The notes under the pieces: model-generated
The model's database searches: none
Told to the model about the DNA's origin: nothing
The model's input: the letters and a program-made list of their open reading frames with translations, nothing else
Assembly (NCBI GenBank): GCA_002269645.1
Contig: NIVC01002068.1
Coordinates: 1-64,000 of the forward strand
Length of the DNA stretch: 64,000 nt
Direction of reading: 5' to 3'
DNA from: Macrostomum lignano
Lineage: Eukaryota
Translations under genes and position numbers: made by a program
Shown: positions 49,406-60,600 of the stretch, piece after piece
Layout of the letters: each line of letters opens with the position of its first letter
Position numbering within the stretch: the first letter of the stretch is position 1

Positions 49406-50731
49406 GGGTGGGAATTTGGTGCTGGCGGAGCTGATTCCAGCCAGGGTAAATTGTGATTCGAGTTGGCGGAACCAAATCTCGGGTGCTTGACGGTAGAACG
49501 GCGGTGGTCTAATTGTGGCGCGTTGTACCGACGCTACCGGTTCCGGTATGGCGTTCTCCGAAGAAGCTGCTGGAGTGTCTGATGTAGGTTGTTGACGTTG
49601 GGTGTCTTCCATTGTCGTAGTCGTCGAGTGTTGGGATTGCACGCTCTGCTACCAATTTGTAGCGTTAGGTTACCGCTACAAGCTTACGAGTGTAAGTGGC
49701 ACTTCGAAGATAGCTAGCAAAAGCGGGAGGTTTTTTTTATTATATTTTGTCATTGCGTTGGGGGCTATTTAGCGCTGGGGCGAACGAATAGTACAGAAGT
49801 GTCTATGGGTGAACTAAAGCGATTGGAATATAGAATAAGAAATAATTAGAATAAATGATGAATGCTTTGGTGCTGCTACAATAGACAGGCAGACACATAG
49901 ATAGGTGGACAGGCAGACAGGCATATAATGGACAGAAAAAAGAAATACAAAACAAAGCGATTCGTTGAGAATTTGTGCTAATTATTTATTATTTTGATAA
50001 AAAATAGTTTCAATATCAGGCACTGGAGCCGGAGCCTGGAGCCTCCGTTTCAGTTCGATATATTTCTACGTCATCAAAACTGAAACAAAATAGTTCGTTC
50101 TTTTGTACGCTTAGCCATGTGAAGAAATATTTTTGTTAGAAAATTTTCCTTGTTTACTACTTTTTCAGCTTATGTTTAGTAGTGCTTTGCAGACGTGTCC
50201 CGTCGTTTAAAATAAAAAATCAACGATCGTAGATTAAAATTTGGTCTGGAGTAATAACGTTCGACAGCATAAGTATAACTTTAAGTGGTATAAATTTTGA
50301 GGAAAAATACGACAAGACGGCTCGAGAGCGCCTGCTGACATTAGGAGTTGTATGTGCGAGTTTCACAATAAAAAACATTAGTATTTGAATAAAATTGTTA
50401 GCACAAACGTTATTAACTAGAGTTAACTAATCACTTCTTAACAAGGGCTTAGTGAGGCTACATGTGTACGCAAAATTGAAGAATGTAATGATATTACATA
50501 AATAGTGTTAAAATTCACACAATACTACTAATGTTAAACTTCTATTAATAATAAGACACAATTAGCAGTGTTATTAATCAGTCGATAAAATACAGATTTC
50601 ATTTGATATTAATTGATTTTTTCAAAAAGGAAAGATTTTTCAAAAATCTGAAAACCACAATAGCGATGCTAAATATTGAGAGGTCAAGGCGCACTGTCTG
50701 AGTTTCACATGAGTTTTGCTCCATAAAATTC

Positions 50732-51561
50732 TTAATTAGCCTCAATCGGGCCGGCCTCAACGCGATGGGCCCTATAGCGGCAGATTTCTTTGAAAGCGAC
50801 CTCACCAAACTGGAACAGCCGTTTCGGCTTGCCAATCAGGCTGCCAAAGTCCGGGTCAACAAAGTACAGCTCGCCACTGGGCTTGGACTTCACGGACCTG
50901 ACGGGCAGGCGTTGGGGCTGGCTGCGTTAGGGGGCGCTGACGACAGGCAGGCAGACAGACAGACTTACAGACACTAAGACAGACAGACAGGCAGACAGAC
51001 AGACAGACTTACAGACACTAAGACAGACAGACAGACTTGCAGACATTAAAACAGACAGTCGACAGACAGTCAGACAAACAGACAGACAGAAAGGCTTACA
51101 GACACTAAAACAGACAGACAGAAGACGTTTTATTATGTTTTGATCAATCGCAGACATTCTTCCAAAGCGGCAAAACTCCACAGCAGCTACTGCAAGTAGG
51201 CTCACTTGATCGCGTCGCCCAGAGTGGCATAGTCGCAGCACTCGTTGCCTTTGTAGCGGCCCCAGAGCAGGCCAACGTAGGCGGACTGTCTGATGTGAAA
51301 CATTGGCCCCGGCTCGCCAACTAGGCGCTCTTTGCGGGCGTCGCAAAAGTACACAGCATCCTGGAAGAAGCGCCAGTATGGTCCCTGCTCCAGTTGACCG
51401 TCGACCAGCATCACCATTAGAAAGCGGTGGACCCGGTCGCGCTCTGTGAAAATTTTTTTAATAAGCATAATTAATAACATATAATCTATATAAACCCACC
51501 AAAACCCGGTTGAAGAACTGAGCAAGTCAACTCAGACTGGCTGACTGACTGACTAACTAAG

Positions 51562-51599
<38 letters not shown>

Positions 51600-53211
51600 G
51601 CTAACTAACTAGCTAACTAACTAACTAACTGACTAACTGACTAACTAACTAACTAACACGGCGAAGCACTCACCGGGATCCAGGCACCGTTTCACATAAC
51701 CAACAATGCTCTCCACAATGGCGTCCCGCTGCAGCTGCTGGTCCATGAGGTAGCGAGCCTTGGCGCTGCTATCAAAGATTCGGTTCTTCTGGCACAGGGC
51801 CTCGTAAGTCTTGTTGCTCTGATCGGCGCCGCTGGCGGCGGAGGCTCGACGTCGAACGGTCGACTTGCCGCGGGGGCTGGGAGCGGCAGCGGCTGTGGCT
51901 GCCTCATCTTTAGGACTGTCGGCCGGGTCAGTCATGGTCTCAAAGCTGTTTAGCAACGGCTGACAAGCCACAGAACGCGGCGTCTGCTGGACAGGCGGTT
52001 GCTGCTTAGCTTGGTATAGACCGAGCACAGGTAGAGACGGCAGCTGCGGAGTGGTCACCGAGTGGTCCGAAGCCTCGGCCGGAGTTCCCGGCGAGAGAGC
52101 CAGGTCGGTCAGCGAGGCGGGCAGATCGGAGACAATCGATGGCTGCTTCTCTTTCTGCTCCTGCTCCACCTGCTTAACGTACTGCAGCACTTCCTGTACG
52201 GGTGGGATGTTCCGGACCAATTTCTATGTGAAATCCGGACCAATTTTTATGTGTAATCCGGACCAATTTCTATGTGAAATCAGGACCAATTTCTATGTGA
52301 AATTCGGACCAATTTTTATGTGAAATCAGGATCAATTTCTATGTGAAATCCGGACCAATTTTAATGGGAAATCAGGATCAATTTTTATGTGAAATCCGGA
52401 CCAATTTTTATGTGAAATCCGGACAAATTTCTATGTGAAATTAGGAGCAATTTCTATGTGAAATCCGGACCAATTTTTATGTGAAATCGGGATCAATTTC
52501 TATGTGAAATCCGGATCAATTTCTATGTGAAATCTGGACCAATTTCTATGTGAAATCCGGATCAATTTCCATGTGACATCCGGACCAATTTCCCCATGAA
52601 ATCCGGACCAATTTCCCCATGAAATCCGGACCAATTTCCCCATGAAATCCAGACCAATTTCCCCATGAAATCCAGACCAATTTCCCCATGAAATCCGGAC
52701 CAACTTATCAATGAAATGAAACTGTGTATAATCTATCAAAACTCAGGGAATACAGAACAGAGATCAGATAAAAATTTTTACTCACGTCGAGGTCCATTGG
52801 GACGAGCTCCATTTCTTCCAGGTTAGGCTTCTCTGACAGGTCAACAAGGTCGGCCTGAGACGAAACTTTACCCATAGCCATGCAGACACCCAGGCCGTCA
52901 TTGCTCTTGGAGTCATCTTCGTCCGGCTTCTCATCCAAATAGGCCACCAAATCTTCACAAGATGGAGCCTTGGCCAAGCAATTGTCCACGTCGCTAAAGT
53001 CTCCGACGATGACGCCGGGAAAATACAGATCAAGGGTCGCTGGCTCAACCGTTTGGTTGGATTCATCCGACAGCATTTCAACATCGTTAGACTGCTGCTC
53101 AATCGCAAACAGCGAGTCCAGGTCTTGCTGTCCACCCTGGTAGGCCAGGCCGGACTCCACCGACAGGTTGCCGACCCGCTCTAGCGGGTCTGTCTGACTC
53201 CCTGTACTCAT
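50732..53211 (-). CDS. Unidentified multi-exon protein (minimum model; may extend to 54580)
   Basis: Exons 53211(or upstream)-52786, 52223-51674, 51443-51206, 50897-50732. GT-AG junctions are phase-compatible (0,1,2). Acidic, low-complexity N-part, then a globular-looking C-terminus (RFLMVMLVDGQLEQGPYW..LYFVDPDFG). Confidence 0.8.
52211..52705 (-). repeat. 23-bp array of a splice-acceptor junction
   Basis: Minus-strand unit atttcacatag|aaattggtccgg equals the last 11 intron nt plus the first 12 exon nt of the 52223 junction. Confidence 0.92.
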
Positions 53212-53239
53212 GCTTCTGCTGCTACATGCAATCGCAGGT

Positions 53240-54118
53240 TTTGGGATTGCAATGGGATCTGTGTAGCTTGGGACTGCAATGGGATCTGTGTAGCTTGGGA
53301 TTGCAATGGGATCTGTGTAGCTTGGGATTGCAATGGGATCTGTGTAGCTTGGGATTGCAATGGGATCTGTGTAGCTTGGGATTGCAATGGGATCTGTGTA
53401 GCTTGGGATTGCAATGGGATCTGTGTAGCTTGGGACTGCAATGGGATCTGTGTAGCTTGGGATTGCAATGGGATCTGTGTAGCTTGGGACTGCAATGGGA
53501 TCTGTGTAGCTTAGGATTGCAATGGGATCTGTGTAGCTTAGGATTGCAATGGGATCTGTGTAGCTTGGGATTGCAATGGGATCTGTGTAGCTTGGGATTG
53601 CAATAGGATCTGTGTAGCTTGGGATTGCAATGGGATCTGTGTAGCTTGGGACTGCAATGGGATCTGTGTAGCTTGGGACTGCAATGGGATCTGTGTAGCT
53701 TAGGATTGCAATGGGATCTGTGTAGCTTAGGATTGCAATGGGATCTGTGTAGCTTGGGATTGCAATGGGATCTGTGTAGCTTGGGATTGCAATAGGATCT
53801 GTGTAGCTTGGGATTGCAATGGGATCTGTGTAGCTTGGGACTGCAATGGGATCTGTGTAGCTTGGGACTGCAATGGGATCTGTGTAGCTTAGGATTGCAA
53901 TGGGATCTGTGTAGCTTAGGATTGCAATGGGATCTGTGTAGCTTGGGATTGCAATGGGATCTGTGTAGCTTGGGATTGCAATGGGATCTGTGTAGCTTGG
54001 GATTGCAATGGGATCTGTGTAGCTTGGGATTGCAATGGGATCTGTGTAGCTTGGGATTGCAATGGGATCTGTGTAGCTTGGGATTGCGATGGGATCTGTG
54101 TAGCTTGGGACTGCAATT
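53240..54118. repeat. 27-bp tandem array (about 32 copies), open in frame with the downstream exon
   Basis: Unit gggattgcaatgggatctgtgtagctt; the minus strand reads (DPIAIPSYT)n. Confidence 0.95.
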
Positions 54119-54397
54119 TTAAGGTGGGAATTACATCTGTCGCAAAAATCTAATAAAAAAACAAAACTGAAACAACAATAGCCAAATAATTAAAATTGGC
54201 TAAAGCTCCTAAAATGATGAGCAACTATAGTTTGAAAAGGCATTCAAACTTATTTGTTTATTTATGCTACAGATAATTTATTTGTATTCAAGGACTCTAT
54301 AAGACGGTTATTGGCCGGCTATTTGACAATGAGAAGGGGAGCCAGCTATAAGCTACTTGGATGACAGTAGGTGCGAGTATCTGCTATCAGTGTTCTT

Positions 54398-54580
54398 TCA
54401 CTTCTGCTTGTAGAACATCCGGTAGAGGCCGGGGCGAGCCAGCGGCAGGCGGTAGATAAATCTAACAGTGACAGCGGCGGCGCCCAAGTACATGCTGTAC
54501 TTTAACAGGCGCATCGCCCGCCGATTGATGTGGGTCTCAGGCAGGGCGGGCTCCACGATTGGAGGCTTCAGAAGGCCCAT
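54398..54580 (-). CDS. 60-aa ORF with a hydrophobic segment (small membrane protein, or first coding exon of the gene below)
   Basis: Polypyrimidine acceptor ccttctctcctttgcttcag just upstream (exon starts 54597), ATG at 54580, hydrophobic YSMYLGAAAVTVRFIY, GC-rich codons. Confidence 0.6.
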   Translation of the reverse strand: MGLLKPPIVEPALPETHINRRAMRLLKYSMYLGAAAVTVRFIYRLPLARPGLYRMFYKQK

Positions 54581-54640
54581 TGTGGCTGGGGTTGGCGCTG
54601 AAGCAAAGGAGAGAAGGTCTGTGTTTCACGTAGATTCGAG

Positions 54641-57600
54641 CATTCCTATGGGTGCTCAGATACCTCTGCATTCCTATGGGTGCTCAGATACCTCTGCATT
54701 CCTATGGGTGCTCAGATACCTCTGCATTCCTATGGGTGCTCAGATACCTCTGCATTCCTATGGGTGCTCAGATACCTCTGCATTCCTATGAGTGCTCAGA
54801 TACCTCTGCATTCCTATGGGTGCTCAGATACCTCTGCATTCCTATGGGTGCTCAGTTACCTCTGCATTCCTTTGGATGCTCAGATACCTCTGCATTCCTA
54901 TGGGTGCTCAGATACCTCTGCATTCCTATGGGTGCTCAGATACCTCTGCATTCCTATGGGTGCTCAGTTACCTCTGCATTCCTATGGGTGCTCAGATACC
55001 TCTGCATTCCTATGGGTGCTCAGATACCTCTGCATTCCTATGGGTGCTCAGTTACCTCTGCATTCCTATGGGTGCTCAGATACCTCTGCATTCCTATGGG
55101 TGCTCAGATACCTCTGCATTCCTATGGGTGCTCAAATACCTCTGCATTCCTATGGGTGCTCAGATACCTCTGCATTCCTATGGGTGCTCAGTTACCTCTG
55201 CATTCCTATGGGTGCTCAGATACCTCTGCATTCCTATGGGTGCTCAGAAATCTCTGCATTCCTATGGGTGCTCAGTTACCTCTGCATTCCTATGGGTGCT
55301 CAGTTACCTCTGCATTCCTATGGGTGCTCAGATATCTTTTCATTCCAATGGGTGCTCAGATACCTCTGCATTCCTATGGGTGCTCAGTTACCTCTGCATT
55401 CCTATGGGTGCTCAGTTACCTCTGCATTCCTATGGGTGCTCAGTTACCTCTGCATTCCTATGGGTGCTCAGAAATCTCTGCATTCCTATGGGTGCTCAGT
55501 TACTTCTGCATTTCTATGGGTGCTCAGTTACCTCTGCATTCCTATGGGTGCTCAGAAATCTCTGCATTCCTATGGGTACTCAGTTACCTCTGCATTCCTA
55601 TGGGTGCTCAGTTACCTCTGCATTCCTATGGGTGCTCAGTTACCTCTGCATTCCTATGGGTGCTCAGATATCTTTTCATTCCAATGGGTGCTCAGATACC
55701 TCTGCATTCCTATGGGTGCTCAGTTACCTCTGCATTTCTATGGGTGCTCAGTTACCTCTGCATTCCTTTGGGTGCTCAGTTACCTCTGCATTCCTATGGG
55801 TGCTCAGTTACCTCTGCATTCCTATGGGTGCTCAGATATCTTTTCATTCCAATGGGTGCTCAGATACCTCTGCATTCCTATGGGTGCTCAGTTACCTCTG
55901 CATTTCTATGGGTGCTCAGTTACCTCTGCATTCCTTTGGATGCTCAGATACCTCTGCATTCCTATGGGTGCTCAGATACCTCTGCATTCCTATGGGTGCT
56001 CAGATATCTTTTCATTCCAATGGGTGCTCAGATACCTCTGCATTCCTATGGGTGCTCAGTTACCTCTGCATTTCTATGGGTGCTCAGTTACCTCTGCATT
56101 CCTTTGGATGCTCAGATACCTCTGCATTCCTATGGGTGCTCAGATACCTCTGCATTCCTATGGGTGCTCAGTTACCTCTGCATTCCTTTGGGTGCTCAGA
56201 TACCTCTGCATTCGTATGGGTGCTCAGATACCTCTGCATTCCTATGGGTGCTCAGAAATCTTTTCATTCCAATGGGTGCTCAGATACCTCTGCATTCCTA
56301 TGGGTGCTCAGAAATCTTTTCATTCCAATGGATGCTCAGTTACCTCTGCATTCCTATGGGTGCTCAGATACCTCTGCATTCCTATGGGTGCTCAGTTACC
56401 TCTGCATTCCTATGGGTGCTCAGATACCTCTGCATTCCTATGGGTGCTCAGTTACCTCTGCATTTCTATGGGTGCTCAGTTACCTCTGCATTCCTTTGGA
56501 TGCTCAGATACCTCTGCATTCCTATGGGTGCTCAGATACCTCTGCATTCCTATGGGTGCTCAGATACCTCTGCATTCCTATGGGTGCTCAGAAATCTTTT
56601 CATTCCAATGGGTGCTCAGATACATCTGCATTCCTATGGGTGCTCAGAAATCTTTTCATTCCAATGGGTGCTCAGATACCTCTGCATTCCTATGGGTGCT
56701 CAGTTACCTCTGCATTTCTATGGGTGCTCAGTTACCTCTGCATTCCTTTGGATGCTCAGATACCTCTGCATTCCTATGGGTGCTCAGATACCTCTGCATT
56801 CCTATGGGTGCTCAGTTACCTCTGCATTCCTATGGGTGCTCAGAAATCTTTTCATTCCAATGGGTGCTCAGATACCTCTGCATTCCTATGGGTGCTCAGA
56901 AATCTTTTCATTCCAATGGGTGCTCAGATATCTTTTCATTCCAATGGGTGCTCAGATATCTTTTCATTCCAATGGGTGCTCAGAAATCTTTTCATTCCTA
57001 TGGGTGCTCAGAAATCTTTTCATTCCAATGGGTGCTCAGATACCTCTGCATTCCTATGGGTGCTCAGTTACCTCTGCATTCCTTTGGATGCTCAGATACC
57101 TCTGCATTCCTATGGGTGCTCAGTTACCTCTGCATTCCTATGGGTGCTCAGTTACCTCTGCATTCCTATGGGTGCTCAGATACCTCTGCATTCCTATGGG
57201 TGCTCAGTAACCTCTGCATTTCTATGGGTGCTCAGTTACCTCTGCATTCCTTTGGATGCTCAGATACCTCTGCATTCCTATGGGTGCTCAGATACCTCTG
57301 CATTCCTATGGGTGCTCAGTTACCTCTGCATTCCTATGGGTGCTCAGATACCTCTGCATTCCTATGGGTGCTCAGATACCTCTGCATTCCTATGGGTGCT
57401 CAGATACCTCTGCATTCCTATGGGTGCTCAGATACCTCTGCATTCCTATGGGTGCTCAGATACCTCTGCATTCCTATGGGTGCTCAGATACCTCTGCATT
57501 CCTATGGGTGCTCAGTTACCTCTGCATTCCTATGGGTGCTCAGATACCTCTGCATTCCTATGGGTGCTCAGAAATCTCTGCATTCCTATGGGTGCTCAGT

Positions 57601-60600
57601 TACCTCTGCATTCCTATGGGTGCTCAGTTACCTCTGCATTCCTATGGGTGCTCAGATATCTTTTCATTCCAATGGGTGCTCAGATACCTCTGCATTCCTA
57701 TGGGTGCTCAGTTACCTCTGCATTCCTATGGGTGCTCAGTTACCTCTGCATTCCTATGGGTGCTCAGTTACCTCTGCATTCCTATGGGTGCTCAGAAATC
57801 TCTGCATTCCTATGGGTGCTCAGTTACCTCTGCATTTCTATGGGTGCTCAGTTACCTCTGCATTCCTATGGGTGCTCAGAAATCTCTGCATTCCTATGGG
57901 TACTCAGTTACCTCTGCATTCCTATGGGTGCTCAGTTACCTCTGCATTCCTATGGGTGCTCAGTTACCTCTGCATTCCTATGGGTGCTCAGATATCTTTT
58001 CATTCCAATGGGTGCTCAGATACCTCTGCATTCCTATGGGTGCTCAGTTACCTCTGCATTTCTATGGGTGCTCAGTTACCTCTGCATTCCTTTGGGTGCT
58101 CAGTTACCTCTGCATTCCTATGGGTGCTCAGTTACCTCTGCATTCCTATGGGTGCTCAGATATCTTTTCATTCCAATGGGTGCTCAGATATATCTGCATT
58201 CCTATGGGTGCTCAGTTACCTCTGCATTTCTATGGGTGCTCAGTTACCTCTGCATTCCTTTGGATGCTCAGATACCTCTGCATTCCTATGGGTGCTCAGA
58301 TACCTCTGCATTCCTATGGGTGCTCAGTTACCTCTGCATTCCTTTGGATGCTCAGATACCTCTGCATTCCTATGGGTGCTCAGATACCTCTGCATTCCTA
58401 TGGGTGCTCAGATACCTCTGCATTCCTATGGGTGCTCAGATACCTCTGCATTCCTATGGGTGCTCAGTTACCTCTGCATTCCTATGGGTGCTCAGTTACC
58501 TCTGCATTCCTATGGGTGCTCAGAAATCTCTGCATTCCTATGGGTGCTCAGTTACCTCTGCATTCCTATGGGTGCTCAGTTACCTCTGCATTCCTATGGG
58601 TGCTCAGATATCTTTTCATTCCAATGGGTGCTCAGATACCTCTGCATTCCTATGGGTGCTCAGTTACCTCTGCATTCCTATGGGTGCTCAGTTACCTCTG
58701 CATTCCTATGGGTGCTCAGTTACCTCTGCATTCCTATGGGTGCTCAGAAATCTCTGCATTCCTATGGGTGCTCAGTTACCTCTGCATTTCTATGGGTGCT
58801 CAGTTACCTCTGCATTCCTATGGGTGCTCAGAAATCTCTGCATTCCTATGGGTACTCAGTTACCTCTGCATTCCTATGGGTGCTCAGTTACCTCTGCATT
58901 CCTATGGGTGCTCAGTTACCTCTGCATTCCTATGGGTGCTCAGATATCTTTTCATTCCAATGGGTGCTCAGATACCTCTGCATTCCTATGGGTGCTCAGA
59001 TACCTCTGCATTCCTATGGGTGCTCAGTTACCTCTGCATTTCTATGGGTGCTCAGTTACCTCTGCATTCCTTTGGATGCTCAGATACCTCTGCATTCCTA
59101 TGGGTGCTCAGATACCTCTGCATTCCTATGGGTGCTCAGATACCTCTGCATTCCTATGGGTGCTCAGAAATCTTTTCATTCCAATGGGTGCTCAGATACC
59201 TCTGCATTCCTATGGGTGCTCAGAAATCTTTTCATTCCAATGGGTGCTCAGATACCTCTGCATTCCTATGGGTGCTCAGTTACCTCTGCATTTCTATGGG
59301 TGCTCAGTTACCTCTGCATTCCTTTGGATGCTCAGATACCTCTGCATTCCTATGGGTGCTCAGATACCTCTGCATTCCTATGGGTGCTCAGTTACCTCTG
59401 CATTCCTATGGGTGCTCAGAAATCTTTTCATTCCAATGGGTGCTCAGATACCTCTGCATTCCTATGGGTGCTCAGAAATCTTTTCATTCCAATGGGTGCT
59501 CAGATATCTTTTCATTCCAATGGGTGCTCAGATATCTTTTCATTCCAATGGGTGCTCAGAAATCTTTTCATTCCTATGGGTGCTCAGAAATCTTTTCATT
59601 CCAATGGGTGCTCAGATACCTCTGCATTCCTATGGGTGCTCAGTTACCTCTGCATTCCTTTGGATGCTCAGATACCTCTGCATTCCTATGGGTGCTCAGT
59701 TACCTCTGCATTCCTATGGGTGCTCAGTTACCTCTGCATTCCTATGGGTGCTCAGATACCTCTGCATTCCTATGGGTGCTCAGTTACCTCTGCATTTCTA
59801 TGGGTGCTCAGTTACCTCTGCATTCCTTTGGATGCTCAGATACCTCTGCATTCCTATGGGTGCTCAGATACCTCTGCATTCCTATGGGTGCTCAGTTACC
59901 TCTGCATTCCTATGGGTGCTCAGATACCTCTGCATTCCTATGGGTGCTCAGATACCTCTGCATTCCTATGGGTGCTCAGATACCTCTGCATTCCTATGGG
60001 TGCTCAGATACCTCTGCATTCCTATGGGTGCTCAGATACCTCTGCATTCCTATGGGTGCTCAGATACCTCTGCATTCCTATGGGTGCTCAGTTACCTCTG
60101 CATTCCTATGGGTGCTCAGATACCTCTGCATTCCTATGGGTGCTCAGAAATCTCTGCATTCCTATGGGTGCTCAGTTACCTCTGCATTCCTATGGGTGCT
60201 CAGTTACCTCTGCATTCCTATGGGTGCTCAGATATCTTTTCATTCCAATGGGTGCTCAGATACCTCTGCATTCCTATGGGTGCTCAGTTACCTCTGCATT
60301 CCTATGGGTGCTCAGTTACCTCTGCATTCCTATGGGTGCTCAGTTACCTCTGCATTCCTATGGGTGCTCAGAAATCTCTGCATTCCTATGGGTGCTCAGT
60401 TACCTCTGCATTTCTATGGGTGCTCAGTTACCTCTGCATTCCTATGGGTGCTCAGAAATCTCTGCATTCCTATGGGTACTCAGTTACCTCTGCATTCCTA
60501 TGGGTGCTCAGTTACCTCTGCATTCCTATGGGTGCTCAGTTACCTCTGCATTCCTATGGGTGCTCAGATATCTTTTCATTCCAATGGGTGCTCAGATACC

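Larger units (their letters stand above)
47431..49880 (-). mobile_element. Ty3/gypsy LTR retrotransposon (CsRn1-like gag), internally deleted and inverted
   Basis: LTRs 49880-49658 (5') and 47652-47431 (3'), TG..CA, differing by 1 substitution and 1 indel; 4-bp TSD atag. PBS tggtagcagagc follows the 5' LTR and PPT ggggaaggggg precedes the 3' LTR, both on the minus strand. The integrase tail TRSRSSRHVRF is also on minus. Confidence 0.95.
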
